A DNA stretch of 64,000 nt from Candidatus Aldehydirespirator sp. (GTDB lineage: Bacteria > Actinomycetota > Acidimicrobiia > Acidimicrobiales > Aldehydirespiratoraceae), in the NCBI GenBank assembly GCA_965221605.1, contig CBDCSK010000016.1, positions 444,132 to 508,131 of the forward strand, in the 5' to 3' direction. A model generated the notes under the pieces. It did not search any database, was not told where the DNA came from, and was given only the letters and a program-made list of their open reading frames with translations. Numbering within the stretch: the stretch's first letter is position 1; each line of letters opens with the position of its first letter. The translations under genes were made by a program, and so were the position numbers. Of the stretch, positions 46,119-56,299 are shown piece after piece.

Positions 46119-47552
46119 CTAGGGGACGCGCTCGAGGCGCAGCACGTTGGCGCTGCGGGACCGGTTGTCCGAACCGGCGAGCACGGCGACTATCTCGCCG
46201 GAGCGCACGAAGTCCCGATCGCGGGCCACCTCCACCGCCTGGCGCACCATGTCGTCATTGGAACCCCGGTCCTTGACCAGCACCGGGGTGGTGCCCCAGC
46301 TCATCGTGAGCTGCTGCACAGTGCGCTCGTTGTGCGACATCCCGATGATGCGGGCCTGGGGCCGGAACCGGGCCATGGACCTGACCGTGAAGCCGGTGCC
46401 GGAGATGGCCAGGATGGTCGAGATGCCCAGACTGTCGGCGGCCCGCCACGCCGCCATGGTCATGGCGTCGGTGATGGAGGCCGCGTCGTGGGTCGTGTCG
46501 TCGGTCATGCGGAGCTCGGCCAGGCGCTCGGCCCACAGCTCGTAGTTGAACTCCTCGTCGGCCCGCTGCGCGATCCGGTCCATGGTGCGCACCACGTTGG
46601 GGGGGTCGATGCCGATGGCGGTCTCGCCCGACAGCATCAGAGCCGAGGATCCGTCGAACACCGCGTTGGCGACGTCGCTGGCCTCGGCCCGGGTCGGCGA
46701 CGGGCGCGACACCATCGAGTCGAGCATCTGGGTGGCCGTTATGACCGGCCGGCCGCCCGCGATGCACTGCTGGATGATCTGCTTCTGAAGGTGGGGCAGC
46801 TCCTCGATGCTGCACTCGCTCCCGAGGTCGCCGCGGGCCACCATGATCGCCCCGGCCGTCTCGATGATGCCGGCCAGGTTCTGGACGGCCGCCCGGGTCT
46901 CGACCTTGGCGACCAGCATGGGGCCTCGGGGATGGGGCTCGGTACCGACCCGGCGGATGTCGTGGGCAGAGCGCACGAAGGAGATGGCCACCATGTCCAC
47001 CCCGAGCTCGACGAAGGCGTCGAGAGCGAGGAAGTCGGCGGGGGTCGGCGTGGCCATCCGCAGCCGGTCCGCTGGGATGTGGATGCCGGGACAGCCAGAC
47101 AGCAGCCCGCCGTGGACCACCTGGACCTTGAGCCGGTCGCCGCCCTTGTCGACGACGTCCAGCACCACCCGGCCGTCGCCGACATCGAGGGTGTCGCCCA
47201 CCAGCACGTCCTCGAGCAGGCCCTCGTAGTCCACCTCGACAACGTCGTGGGTCGAGCGATCATTGCCGACCACCAGCTCGACGAGACTCTCGGAGCGGAA
47301 CCGCACGGGATCCTCGCCGAAGGTGGCGGCCCGCACCTTGGGGCCCGGCAGGTCGACGAGGATGCCCACCGGCCGGCCCTCCTGCTCGGAGACCCTCCGG
47401 ATCCTCCGGTAGCGCTCTATGGCCTCGTCGACGGTTCCATGAGCCAGCCCGATACGGGCTACGTCCATGCCCGCGGCCATCATGTGGGCCAGCGTGGACT
47501 CGTCCTCGCTGGCCGGGCCGATGGTGGCCACGATCTTGGTGCGGCGTGTCAT
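46119..47552 (-). CDS. pyk: pyruvate kinase
   Basis: MTRRTKIVATIGPAS..., 477 aa. Confidence 0.95.
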   Translation of the reverse strand: MTRRTKIVATIGPASEDESTLAHMMAAGMDVARIGLAHGTVDEAIERYRRIRRVSEQEGRPVGILVDLPGPKVRAATFGEDPVRFRSESLVELVVGNDRSTHDVVEVDYEGLLEDVLVGDTLDVGDGRVVLDVVDKGGDRLKVQVVHGGLLSGCPGIHIPADRLRMATPTPADFLALDAFVELGVDMVAISFVRSAHDIRRVGTEPHPRGPMLVAKVETRAAVQNLAGIIETAGAIMVARGDLGSECSIEELPHLQKQIIQQCIAGGRPVITATQMLDSMVSRPSPTRAEASDVANAVFDGSSALMLSGETAIGIDPPNVVRTMDRIAQRADEEFNYELWAERLAELRMTDDTTHDAASITDAMTMAAWRAADSLGISTILAISGTGFTVRSMARFRPQARIIGMSHNERTVQQLTMSWGTTPVLVKDRGSNDDMVRQAVEVARDRDFVRSGEIVAVLAGSDNRSRSANVLRLERVP

Positions 47553-47619
47553 AGGTGTAACGCTACCGGTCCGTGGGGAGTTCCTGTGGATAACTCTCCG
47601 GACCGGTACGGTTCCACCT

Positions 47620-48381
47620 ATGGCGCGGCATCCCTACCTGGAGGTGGACGGGCCCATCGCCTTCGCCCACCGCGGCGGGGCCGAGGAGTTACCCGAGAAC
47701 ACGCTGCGGGCCTTCCGCCACGCCGTCGAGCTCGGCTACACCCACGTGGAGACCGACGTCCACGCCACCGCCGACGGGGTGGCGGTGGCGTTCCACGACG
47801 ACGCCCTCGACCGGGTGACCGACAGCCGGGGCGTCGTCGGCGAGCTGGCGTGGAGCGAGGTCCGGCGAGCCCGGGTGGCCGGGACCGACCCGATCCTGCG
47901 CCTCGACGAGCTGCTCGAGGAGCTGCCCGACACGAGGATCAACATCGACCCCAAGAGCGACGCCGCGGTCGGGCCGCTGGTGGACGTGCTCCGGCGCGCC
48001 GGCGCCGTCGACCGCGTGTGCGTGTGCTCGTTCTCGGACCGTCGCACCCAGCGGGTGCGCGACCGGATCGGCGATTCGCTGTGCGTCGGCGCCGGCCCCC
48101 GGGGCATCGCCCGCCTGCTGGCCGCGTCGGCCCGGCTCCCCACCCCGGGCTCCCTCGACTACCACGCCGCCCAGGTCCCGGTGCGCTCCAAGGGCCTGAC
48201 GATCGTGCGCCCCGCGACAGTGGCCGCCGCCCACCGCCACGGCATCGCGGTCCATGTGTGGACCATCGACGAGCCCGCGGAGATGCACCGCCTGCTGGAC
48301 ATGGGCGTCGACGGCGTCATGACCGACCGGCCCGCGGTGCTGCGCCAGGTGATGATCGACCGCGGCCACTGGAGGGCCTGA
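47620..48381 (+). CDS. glycerophosphodiester phosphodiesterase family protein
   Basis: FAHRGGAEELPENTLRAF..ETDVHATADG. Confidence 0.9.
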   Translation: MARHPYLEVDGPIAFAHRGGAEELPENTLRAFRHAVELGYTHVETDVHATADGVAVAFHDDALDRVTDSRGVVGELAWSEVRRARVAGTDPILRLDELLEELPDTRINIDPKSDAAVGPLVDVLRRAGAVDRVCVCSFSDRRTQRVRDRIGDSLCVGAGPRGIARLLAASARLPTPGSLDYHAAQVPVRSKGLTIVRPATVAAAHRHGIAVHVWTIDEPAEMHRLLDMGVDGVMTDRPAVLRQVMIDRGHWRA

Positions 48382-48471
48382 CCGGCATCCGACGAGCGTC
48401 CTGACGGGCATTCTGGAGCGCTTGGACGACCTTGAACTGTGGCCGAGCTGTGCATAACCCGGCATTGGTTG

Positions 48472-48528
48472 GGGATTTCTGGCCGATGCTCGGGATTTCG
48501 GTGGGGATTTCGCGAATTCGGGTTGACA
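48472..48528 (+). promoter_or_regulatory. three GGGATTTC direct repeats followed by a TTGACA -35-like hexamer
   Basis: gggatttc at 48472, 48492 and 48504. ttgaca at 48523..48528. Local GC is well below the window average. Confidence 0.3.
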
Positions 48529-49059
48529 ACCAGGTTAAGACCCCCCAAGATGCGCAGCGTCCGACGTGAGCAGCGACAGAGACACCAGACCGAGTTCTGA
48601 GGGTTCCGGCCCGAGGAGGCGGAGCGGAGTCAACGGAGCGGTCCGCAGAGGACACCCAGCCAACCAGGCCAGTTCCCCAGGGAGCAGGTGGGTCAGCCGG
48701 GGACACGGAGGTTCTGCTCCGGGTGAGCGGTAGGAATCCCCGAAGGGGGAGGAGGACCGCAAAGCCGAAGGAGGATCGCCTCACCGGGAAGGCCGGTGAC
48801 AACCGAACACACCGACGGGTGTGGGAGGGAGTTCACCGGAATCGCTTCCAGGTGGGGGTGTCGCACAGGCATCGGAATCGAATCCGATCCCGACGGGGAG
48901 CGGAGGCGGAACCGGAGCCGGCGGGCACCACCGGGTGATTCAGATTCACGCCACGGAGGCGTCCGGGGCGGGGATCAGGGCACAGGACCGGATACGGGAA
49001 TGGGCCCCGGAGTACCGCAGACTCCGCCGGGAGGATGCGGTCGGTGGTAAAGGCGCTCT

Positions 49060-49111
49060 CGGAGCCCCGAGAAGTTGAGCGGCGCAGGTCGCGAGGCTAC
49101 TCGGGGCTCCG
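49060..49111 (+). other. 12-bp perfect-stem hairpin in the leader of the glycan cluster
   Basis: cggagccccgag (49060..49071) pairs with ctcggggctccg (49100..49111), with a 28-nt loop. It ends 62 nt upstream of ATG 49174. Confidence 0.4.
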
Positions 49112-49173
49112 TCGCGTCCCAGCCTCAACAGGGCTCATGCCGCAGGGCTCATGCCCCTACACTCGGCTGCCGG

Positions 49174-50646
49174 ATGGTCCCTGACAGCGCAGACGCAGCC
49201 GGCCCGGTGATCATCGGCGCCGGACCGGCCGGGCTCACCGCGGCGTACCAGTTCGCCAAGCACGGAGTGGCCGGCACCGTGTTGGAGGCCACCTCCGAGA
49301 TCGGCGGGATCTCCCAGACGGTGCAGCGCGACGGATGGCGGTTCGACATCGGCGGGCACCGCTTCTTCACCAAGGTCGGCGCGGTGCGCGACCTGTGGCA
49401 CGAGATCCTAGGAGGGTCCGAGGACTTCCTGGTGCGGCCCCGGTTGAGCCGCATCTACTACGGCGGCAAGTTCTACGACTACCCCCTGAACATCCGTAAC
49501 GCCTTGTCGAACCTCGGGCCGGTGGAGTCGGCCCGATGCGCGGCCTCTTACGCATGGGCCCGGCTGCGGCCGCCCAAGGACCAGAGCTCCTTCGAGGGGT
49601 ACATGGCGGCCCAGTTCGGGTGGCGCCTGTACCGGACCTTCTTCAAGACCTACACCGAGAAGGTCTGGGGCGTGCCCGCCACCGAGATCCAGGCCGACTG
49701 GGCGGCTCAGCGCATCAAGAACCTCAACCTGCTGAGGGCGGTCACCAACGCGGTGGTGCCGCGCCGCCGGCCCACGTCGATCACGAGCCTCATCGACTCC
49801 TTCGAATACCCCCGGCACGGGCCGGGGATGATGTGGGAGCGGTGCACCGACCTCGTCCGGGCCCGCGGCGCGAGGGTGCTCATGGAGCACCCGGTCACCG
49901 CCGTGCGCCACCGCGGCGGCCGGGCGGTGTCGGTGGTGGCCCGAACCGGCGACACCGACGTCGAGATCGAATGCGGCAGCGTGATCTCGTCGATGCCGCT
50001 CCCGCGGCTGGTGGAGTCGATGGACCCCGCTCCCCCGCCGGAAGTGCTCGCCGCCGCGGGGGCGCTCACCTTCAGGGACTTCCTGACGGTGGCTCTGGCC
50101 GTGCCGGCCGATTCGGCCTTCGCCGACAACTGGATCTACATCCACTCCCCCGACGTGCGGGTGGGCCGGGTGCAGAACTTCCGGTCGTGGTCGCCGCACA
50201 TGGTGCCCGATGACGGCATGACCTGCCTGGGGCTGGAGTACTTCGTGTTCGAGGGCGACGACCTCTGGACCTCTCCCGACGAGGAGCTGGTGTCGCTGGC
50301 GTCCCGCGAGCTGGAGACGCTGGGCCTGGTCCCCGCCGGCGCGGTGGCCGCGGGATGGGTGGTGCGGATGCCCAAGGCCTACCCCATGTACTCGCCGGGC
50401 TACCAGGACCATGTCGAGGTGCTGAGATCCTGGCTCGGCGCCAACGCGGCCAACGTCTGGCCGGTCGGGCGCAACGGCATGCACCGCTACAACAACCAGG
50501 ACCACTCCATGTTCACGGCCATGCTCGCGGTCGAGAACATCGTGCTCGGCACCTCCCACGACATCTGGAGCGTCAACGTCGAGTCGGAGTACCACGAGGA
50601 GCTCGACCAGTCCTCGGCCCCCGCTCCTTCGCCCCGGCCCGACTAG
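49174..50646 (+). CDS. FAD-dependent oxidoreductase (amine-oxidase/UDP-galactopyranose-mutase-like fold)
   Basis: N-terminal dinucleotide motif VIIGAGPAGLTAAYQF..LEATSEIGG. Confidence 0.85.
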   Translation: MVPDSADAAGPVIIGAGPAGLTAAYQFAKHGVAGTVLEATSEIGGISQTVQRDGWRFDIGGHRFFTKVGAVRDLWHEILGGSEDFLVRPRLSRIYYGGKFYDYPLNIRNALSNLGPVESARCAASYAWARLRPPKDQSSFEGYMAAQFGWRLYRTFFKTYTEKVWGVPATEIQADWAAQRIKNLNLLRAVTNAVVPRRRPTSITSLIDSFEYPRHGPGMMWERCTDLVRARGARVLMEHPVTAVRHRGGRAVSVVARTGDTDVEIECGSVISSMPLPRLVESMDPAPPPEVLAAAGALTFRDFLTVALAVPADSAFADNWIYIHSPDVRVGRVQNFRSWSPHMVPDDGMTCLGLEYFVFEGDDLWTSPDEELVSLASRELETLGLVPAGAVAAGWVVRMPKAYPMYSPGYQDHVEVLRSWLGANAANVWPVGRNGMHRYNNQDHSMFTAMLAVENIVLGTSHDIWSVNVESEYHEELDQSSAPAPSPRPD

Positions 50647-50768
50647 CCCCGGTTTCCCGCTCTAGCACGTTCCAAGCGAACCGCGGCGTTCCACTCGGCC
50701 TCTGGCCGCTACGATCCGGCGCCGTGGCGACAGTGGCCAAGATCGGCGATCTCGCCGCCGAGGCCGGG

Positions 50769-51881
50769 ATGCGCCGGGTCCACATGCTCGCCTGGCGCGA
50801 CCTGGACGACATCGAGGCGGGCGGCTCGGAGCTCCACGCCGACCGGATAGCCCGCCGGTGGGCCGAGGCCGGCATCGAGGTGACGATGCGCACATCCTTC
50901 GCGGCGGGCTCCCCACCGGCGGCGAGCCGGAGGGGATACCGGGTCATACGCCGGGGCGGGCGCTACATGGTGTTCCCCCGGGCGGTGCTGGCCGAGCTGG
51001 GCGGGCTTCACGGGCGCCGCGACGGGCTGGTGGAGATCTGGAACGGCATGCCGTTCCTGTCGCCGGTATGGGCCCGGGGCCGGCGCGCCGCCTGGGTGCA
51101 CCAGCCCCACACCGAGCTGTGGGACCGGGTGCTGCCCCCCGGCCGGGCCGCCGCCGGCCGGATCTTCGAGCGGGACCTCGCGCCCTGGCTGTACCGGAGC
51201 ACACCGGTGGTGACCCTGTCGGAGTCGGTCCGCGCCCAGCTCCTGAGGCGGTTCCACTTCGCGCCCGATCGAGTGCACGTGGTCCCGCCCGGCATCGACG
51301 ACCGCTTCCAGCCCGGCCCCGCGGACACCGAGTCCCCCCAGCCGCTGCTGGTGGCTGTGGGCCGGCTCACCGCCTCCAAACAGTTCGACCGGCTCATCCG
51401 GATCGTGGCCCGGCTGCGGGAGAGGTGCCCGGCGAGGCTGGTGGTGGTCGGCTCGGGCACCGAACAGGACCGCTTGCTGAGGCTCGTGTCGGAGCTCGAC
51501 GCCGCCGACTGGTGCGAGCTGGCGGGCCGGGTCGGCGACGACTCCCTGCACGGGCTCTACCAGCAGGCCTGGGCGCTGGTGAGCGCCTCCGCGAGCGAGG
51601 GCTGGGGCATGACCATCACCGAGGCAGCCGCCTGCGCCACGCCCTCGGTCGTCTCGGACATACCGGGCCACGCCGACGCCGTCATCGACGGCGAGACCGG
51701 CCACCTGGCCTCCCGCGACGACGAGTTCGTCACGGCCCTGGAGCGGATTATCAGCGACCGGGCGCACCGCGGGCGCATGGGCGACGCGGCCCGGGCCAGA
51801 GCGTCCGGCCTGACCTGGGAGCGAACCGCCTACGACACGCTGGCCGTGCTGGCTGGCGTCCTCGGCCGCCCCACCCGATGA
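50769..51881 (+). CDS. glycosyltransferase family 4
   Basis: C-terminal GT-B motif SEGWGMTITEAAACATPSVVSDIPGHADAVIDGETG. Confidence 0.85.
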   Translation: MRRVHMLAWRDLDDIEAGGSELHADRIARRWAEAGIEVTMRTSFAAGSPPAASRRGYRVIRRGGRYMVFPRAVLAELGGLHGRRDGLVEIWNGMPFLSPVWARGRRAAWVHQPHTELWDRVLPPGRAAAGRIFERDLAPWLYRSTPVVTLSESVRAQLLRRFHFAPDRVHVVPPGIDDRFQPGPADTESPQPLLVAVGRLTASKQFDRLIRIVARLRERCPARLVVVGSGTEQDRLLRLVSELDAADWCELAGRVGDDSLHGLYQQAWALVSASASEGWGMTITEAAACATPSVVSDIPGHADAVIDGETGHLASRDDEFVTALERIISDRAHRGRMGDAARARASGLTWERTAYDTLAVLAGVLGRPTR

Positions 51882-51894
51882 CGCCGCCCGGGCG

Positions 51895-54800
51895 ATGACG
51901 CCGAGCACCCGGGCCGCCTCCATCTGGGCCCGGTTCGCAGCCTGGTGGCGCCACCAGTCCGGCTGGACGGTGGCGGTGGCGGCCGCGGTCGCCTACGGGC
52001 CGCTGCTGGCCTCAAGCCCCGGCCTGGTGGGGGCGGACACGAAGAGCTACCTCTATCTCGACCCGGGCCGGCTCCTGAGCCAGGCCGGCGTGCTTTGGGA
52101 CGCGGACCGGGCGCTGGGAACGGTGACCCATCAGAACATCGGCTTCCTGTGGCCGATGGGCCCCTTCTACTGGTTCTTCGAGGCCCTGGGAGCGCCCGAC
52201 TGGGTGGCCCAGCGCCTGTGGGTCGGCACGCTGCTGCTCGCGGCCGGACTCGGCGTCCGCTACCTGCTGCGCACCCTCGGATTCCAGGGCCGGGGCCTGC
52301 TGATCGCCATGCTCGCCTACGAGCTGAGCCCCTACGCGCTCCACTACTCGGCCCGCATCTCGGCGGTGCTGCTGCCGTGGGCCGGGCTGGGCTGGATGAT
52401 CGGGCTGACGGTGCGCTCGGCCCGCACCGGCGGCTGGCGCCACCCGGCGCTGTTCGCGCTCACCGCCGTCACGGTGGGGAGCGTCAACGCCACCAGCCTG
52501 GTGCTCGCAGGACTGGGCCCGGTCCTGTGGCTGATCCATGCAGCCGCCACGGACCGCAGCATCGGGCCCCGGCGGGCACTGGCCACCGCGGCTCGCATCG
52601 GTGCCCTCACCGTCGCGGTGTCGCTGTGGTGGATGGCCGGGCTCGTCCTGCAGGGCGGTTACAGCCTGAACGTGCTCCTCTACACCGAGACCCGGGAGTT
52701 GGTGGCGGCGGCCTCCACCGCGCCCGAGGTGTTCCGCAGCCTCGGTTACTGGTTCTTCTACGGCAACGACAAGCTCGGAGTGTGGATCGAGCCGAGCGTC
52801 GCCTTCACACAGGGAGGTTGGCTGATCTTCGTCAGCTTCGGCCTGGCCACGCTGGCGCTGGGTTCGGCGGCACTGGTGCGCTGGCGCCACCGGAGCTACT
52901 TCGTTCTCCTGGCCGCGATCGGCGCTCTGGTGGCGGTGGGGTTCCACCCGCCGGCGGACCCGTCGCTGCTGGGTGCGGCCTTCGAACGGCTCTCCCGCAG
53001 CGGGCCCGGACTGGCCATGCGCTCACTTCCCCGTGCCGTGCCCCTGGTGGCGCTGGCGGTGGCGGTCCTGCTGGGAGCGGGCGTCAACGCCATCGGCAGG
53101 CGGCTGCCCCGCCTGGGTGCAGTGGCCGGAGCCCTGGTGCTTGCCGGCGTGGTCCTCAACAACCCCGCCATGTGGCGGATCGACATGATCGAGGAGCACC
53201 TCAACCGGCCGGAGGAGCTGCCCGGCTACTGGCTGGAGGCAGCCGGGGCCCTGGACGTCGACGGCGGAGGAGACGGCGGGACGCGGGTGTGGGAGGTCCC
53301 CGGGTCCGACTTCGCCTCCTACCGCTGGGGCAACACCGTGGACCCGATCACGCCGGGTCTGATCGAACGGGGATACGTGGCCCGCGAGCTGGTGCCCTTC
53401 GGCTCGCCGAAGTCGGCGTCGCTTCTGGGAGCGTTCGACCGCCGGCTTCAGGAGGACACGCTCGACCCCGGCAGCGTGGCGCCGGTGGCTCGCCTCATGT
53501 CGGTGGGTGACGTCGTGCACCGCGCCGACCTGATCTTCGAGCGGTACCGCACTCCGAGACCGGTCGAGACCGCCGAGTTACTGAGCCGGGCCCCGGGCCT
53601 GCGGCAGGCCCAAGCGTTCGGCGACCCGGTGCCGAACGTGGCCGGGCCGGAGCAGACCATGATCGACGAGACCCACCTGGCCCGGCCTGCCGATGCCGCC
53701 CACCCGGCGCCGGTCACCCGGTTCGCGGTCGACGACCCGCTGCCGGTGGTTCGCACCCGGCCCGTCGCCGGGGCCACCGTCCTGGTGGGTGACGCCGACG
53801 GGATCGTCACCGCGGCCGGCGCGGGGGTGCTCGAACTCGACCGGCCGCTCGTGTACGCCGCCGACCTGGCCGCCGATCCGGCTCTGGCCGACACCGTGCT
53901 CTCGCACCCTGCCCACATACTGGTGACCGACACGAACCGGAGGCGGGCCCAGCGCTGGGGGATGCTGCGCGAGAACCGGGGCCACACCGAGCAGGCCTCC
54001 GAGCAGCCCCTCGAGCACGACGAGACCGACAGCCGCATGGACGTCTTCGATTACGGGGCGGTCGAGGCCCACGTCGGCGCGGCCGACGACGTCCGCACCG
54101 TGAGCGAGCAGCGCGGCCCGCTCGCGGCCCACGCCAGCGCCTACGGCAACCCGGTGAGCTACACCAACGACGACCGGCCCTACAACGCATTGGACGGCTC
54201 GCTCGAGACGGCTTGGTCGGTCGCCGCGTTCAGCGAGGCCCGCGGCGAGAGGCTCCGGCTCACCCTGGCCGAGCCGGCCTTCGTGGAGACGGTGCGCCTG
54301 GTGCAGACCCTCGGTAGCTCCGAGCGCCCGACGACCGAGATCCGCCGCCACATCACCGAGATCGCGCTCCGCGTCGACGGGCGCCCCTTCGCCACCGTCG
54401 ACCTGGACGGCCGGTCGCGGTCGCCCGAGGGCCAGCCGATCCCGTTCGGGCGCACCGCGTCGGAGATCGAGATCGAGATCACCGACACCAGCATCGTCGG
54501 ACGGATCAACTTCTCCGCGGTGGCCCCGGTCGGTTTCGCGGAGGTCGACCTGGGCCTCGGCCCGGTGCTGGAGGTGATCCGCACGCCGCGGGCGCTGCTG
54601 GACCGCATCGGCGACGACCTCGACGACCACAGCGTGACGGTGGTCCTCACCCGGGAGCGGTCCAACCCCCGCGAGCCGGTGCGGACCGACCCCGAGTTGC
54701 ATATGGTCCGGGCCGTTCCGCTGCCGGCCGGCATCGAGGCGGAGCTCTCGGGCACAGCCCGGCTGGCGGCCACCGCTCCCGCAGCACTGATCGACTCTCT

Positions 54801-56283
54801 GGTCGGGTTGGACGCCGCCGGCGCGGTGTCGGCCACCTCGTCGGGCCACCTCGCCGGCGACCTGCCCAGCCGGGCCTCGGCCGTGCTCGACGGCGACCCG
54901 GCGACGGCTTGGACCGGCCGCTTCGGACCCCAGGCGGGCCAGTGGCTCGAGCTGAACCGCACCGTGCCATTCGAGCCGGGCGTCATCGAGATCGACTTCG
55001 TCGTGGACGAACTGCACTCCACCCCCAGGGCCGTGGAGGTGCTCGTGGACGGCTACGAGGTCGGCTATCTCGAGCTTGACCTGTCGTCGGCCGCGGTCGG
55101 AGCGGAGCCCGGCAGCACGGTCACGGCCGCGGTGACGATGCCCATGACCGGCTCCAGCGTGCGGATCGTGTTCGACGAGGCCGACGAGAGGATGACGCGG
55201 GAGTGGTACAGCAACGGGTTCGTGGCCCTTCCCGTATCGGTGGCCGAGGTGCGGGTGGGCGACGCGCCCCGTCTCGGCCCGGCCGCCGACATCGACACCG
55301 GCTGCGTCGGCGGGCTCGTGTCGGTCGACGGGCGGGACGTTGCGGTGCGCATCACCGGCACGGCCGCCGACGCCCTCGCCCGGCGGGAGTTGAGGGTCGA
55401 GGGCTGCAACCCCGCCGCCATGGGACCACCCGAGAGCCTGATCGTGACCGCGCCCGGATCGCGCACCGGCTTCGACATCGATCAGCTCGTGCTGGCGGGC
55501 CCGGGTCTGGACCGGCCGCCCACCGACGGCATCGGCGATGTGGACGCGGTGCGCCACCGCGACACCGCCTACACCGTGCGGGTGCCCCCCGGCGACGGCG
55601 ACCGCTGGCTGGTGCTGGGCCAGAGCCACAACCGGGGCTGGCAGGCCACCGTCGACGGCGCCGACCTGGGACCGCCGGCGGTGATCGACGGCTTCGCCAA
55701 CGCCTGGCTACTGCCTGCGGGCGAGGGCGCGGTGGTGGAGCTGCGCTGGACGCCCCAGAAGCTGGTGGACTGGGCGCTGCGCCTTTCGCTTGTGGCCGTG
55801 GCCGCCGTGGCTCTGATCGCCTGGAGGGGCCGGCCCGACCGGTCCGGACCGGCTCGGGCCCGGCCGGAGCCGCACCTACCGGTGCTGCGGCCGCCCTGGC
55901 AACCGGAGCCCTCCGCTACGCCGTCGACCGCCGCTACCGGCGTGGCGGCCGTAGCGGTCACCGCGCTGGCCCTGCTGAGCCTGCACGACTGGCAGGTGCT
56001 GGCGCCGGCCGCGGCCGTGGTGGTCGCGCTGGCGCTGCACCGCCGGCGCCTGTGGTGGCTCGCGCCGATGGTCTCGGCCCTGTCGCTCGGATGCGCCGCT
56101 CTGTTCGTGCTGATCCAGCAGTACCGGTTCCGCTACCCGCCGGACTTCTTGTGGCCGACCCGGTTCGAGTCGGTCCACATCCTCGGCATGGTCGCCATCC
56201 TCGCCCTCGCGGCCGACTACGCCGTCACCGTTGCCCGAGCCCGCGGCCGGCCGCGTTCGCGCCCGCGGCCGGGCACCGGATGA
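51895..56283 (+). CDS. large GT-C membrane glycosyltransferase, alpha-(1->3)-arabinofuranosyltransferase (AftD/DUF3367)-like
   Basis: 1462 aa. N-terminus GADTKSYLYLDPGRLLSQAGVLWD...GFLWPMGPFYWFFEALG plus many TM helices and a large soluble region. Confidence 0.8.
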   Translation: MTPSTRAASIWARFAAWWRHQSGWTVAVAAAVAYGPLLASSPGLVGADTKSYLYLDPGRLLSQAGVLWDADRALGTVTHQNIGFLWPMGPFYWFFEALGAPDWVAQRLWVGTLLLAAGLGVRYLLRTLGFQGRGLLIAMLAYELSPYALHYSARISAVLLPWAGLGWMIGLTVRSARTGGWRHPALFALTAVTVGSVNATSLVLAGLGPVLWLIHAAATDRSIGPRRALATAARIGALTVAVSLWWMAGLVLQGGYSLNVLLYTETRELVAAASTAPEVFRSLGYWFFYGNDKLGVWIEPSVAFTQGGWLIFVSFGLATLALGSAALVRWRHRSYFVLLAAIGALVAVGFHPPADPSLLGAAFERLSRSGPGLAMRSLPRAVPLVALAVAVLLGAGVNAIGRRLPRLGAVAGALVLAGVVLNNPAMWRIDMIEEHLNRPEELPGYWLEAAGALDVDGGGDGGTRVWEVPGSDFASYRWGNTVDPITPGLIERGYVARELVPFGSPKSASLLGAFDRRLQEDTLDPGSVAPVARLMSVGDVVHRADLIFERYRTPRPVETAELLSRAPGLRQAQAFGDPVPNVAGPEQTMIDETHLARPADAAHPAPVTRFAVDDPLPVVRTRPVAGATVLVGDADGIVTAAGAGVLELDRPLVYAADLAADPALADTVLSHPAHILVTDTNRRRAQRWGMLRENRGHTEQASEQPLEHDETDSRMDVFDYGAVEAHVGAADDVRTVSEQRGPLAAHASAYGNPVSYTNDDRPYNALDGSLETAWSVAAFSEARGERLRLTLAEPAFVETVRLVQTLGSSERPTTEIRRHITEIALRVDGRPFATVDLDGRSRSPEGQPIPFGRTASEIEIEITDTSIVGRINFSAVAPVGFAEVDLGLGPVLEVIRTPRALLDRIGDDLDDHSVTVVLTRERSNPREPVRTDPELHMVRAVPLPAGIEAELSGTARLAATAPAALIDSLVGLDAAGAVSATSSGHLAGDLPSRASAVLDGDPATAWTGRFGPQAGQWLELNRTVPFEPGVIEIDFVVDELHSTPRAVEVLVDGYEVGYLELDLSSAAVGAEPGSTVTAAVTMPMTGSSVRIVFDEADERMTREWYSNGFVALPVSVAEVRVGDAPRLGPAADIDTGCVGGLVSVDGRDVAVRITGTAADALARRELRVEGCNPAAMGPPESLIVTAPGSRTGFDIDQLVLAGPGLDRPPTDGIGDVDAVRHRDTAYTVRVPPGDGDRWLVLGQSHNRGWQATVDGADLGPPAVIDGFANAWLLPAGEGAVVELRWTPQKLVDWALRLSLVAVAAVALIAWRGRPDRSGPARARPEPHLPVLRPPWQPEPSATPSTAATGVAAVAVTALALLSLHDWQVLAPAAAVVVALALHRRRLWWLAPMVSALSLGCAALFVLIQQYRFRYPPDFLWPTRFESVHILGMVAILALAADYAVTVARARGRPRSRPRPGTG

Positions 56284-56299
56284 CCGCGGCCCCGGACGT

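Noticed and set aside
48382-49173. tmRNA, RNase P RNA, SRP RNA or a tRNA in the long non-coding region
   Set aside because: The start GGGGATTTCTGG...CGGGATTT..GCGAA superficially resembles a tmRNA 5' end, but there is no tRNA-like 3' end (no ...TCCACCA with a T-arm) and no tag-peptide reading frame. There is no GAGGAAAGTCCGG (RNase P P4) and no SRP GGAA/AGCA domain-IV motif. The atcggaatcgaatccgat hairpin is not in a cloverleaf context.
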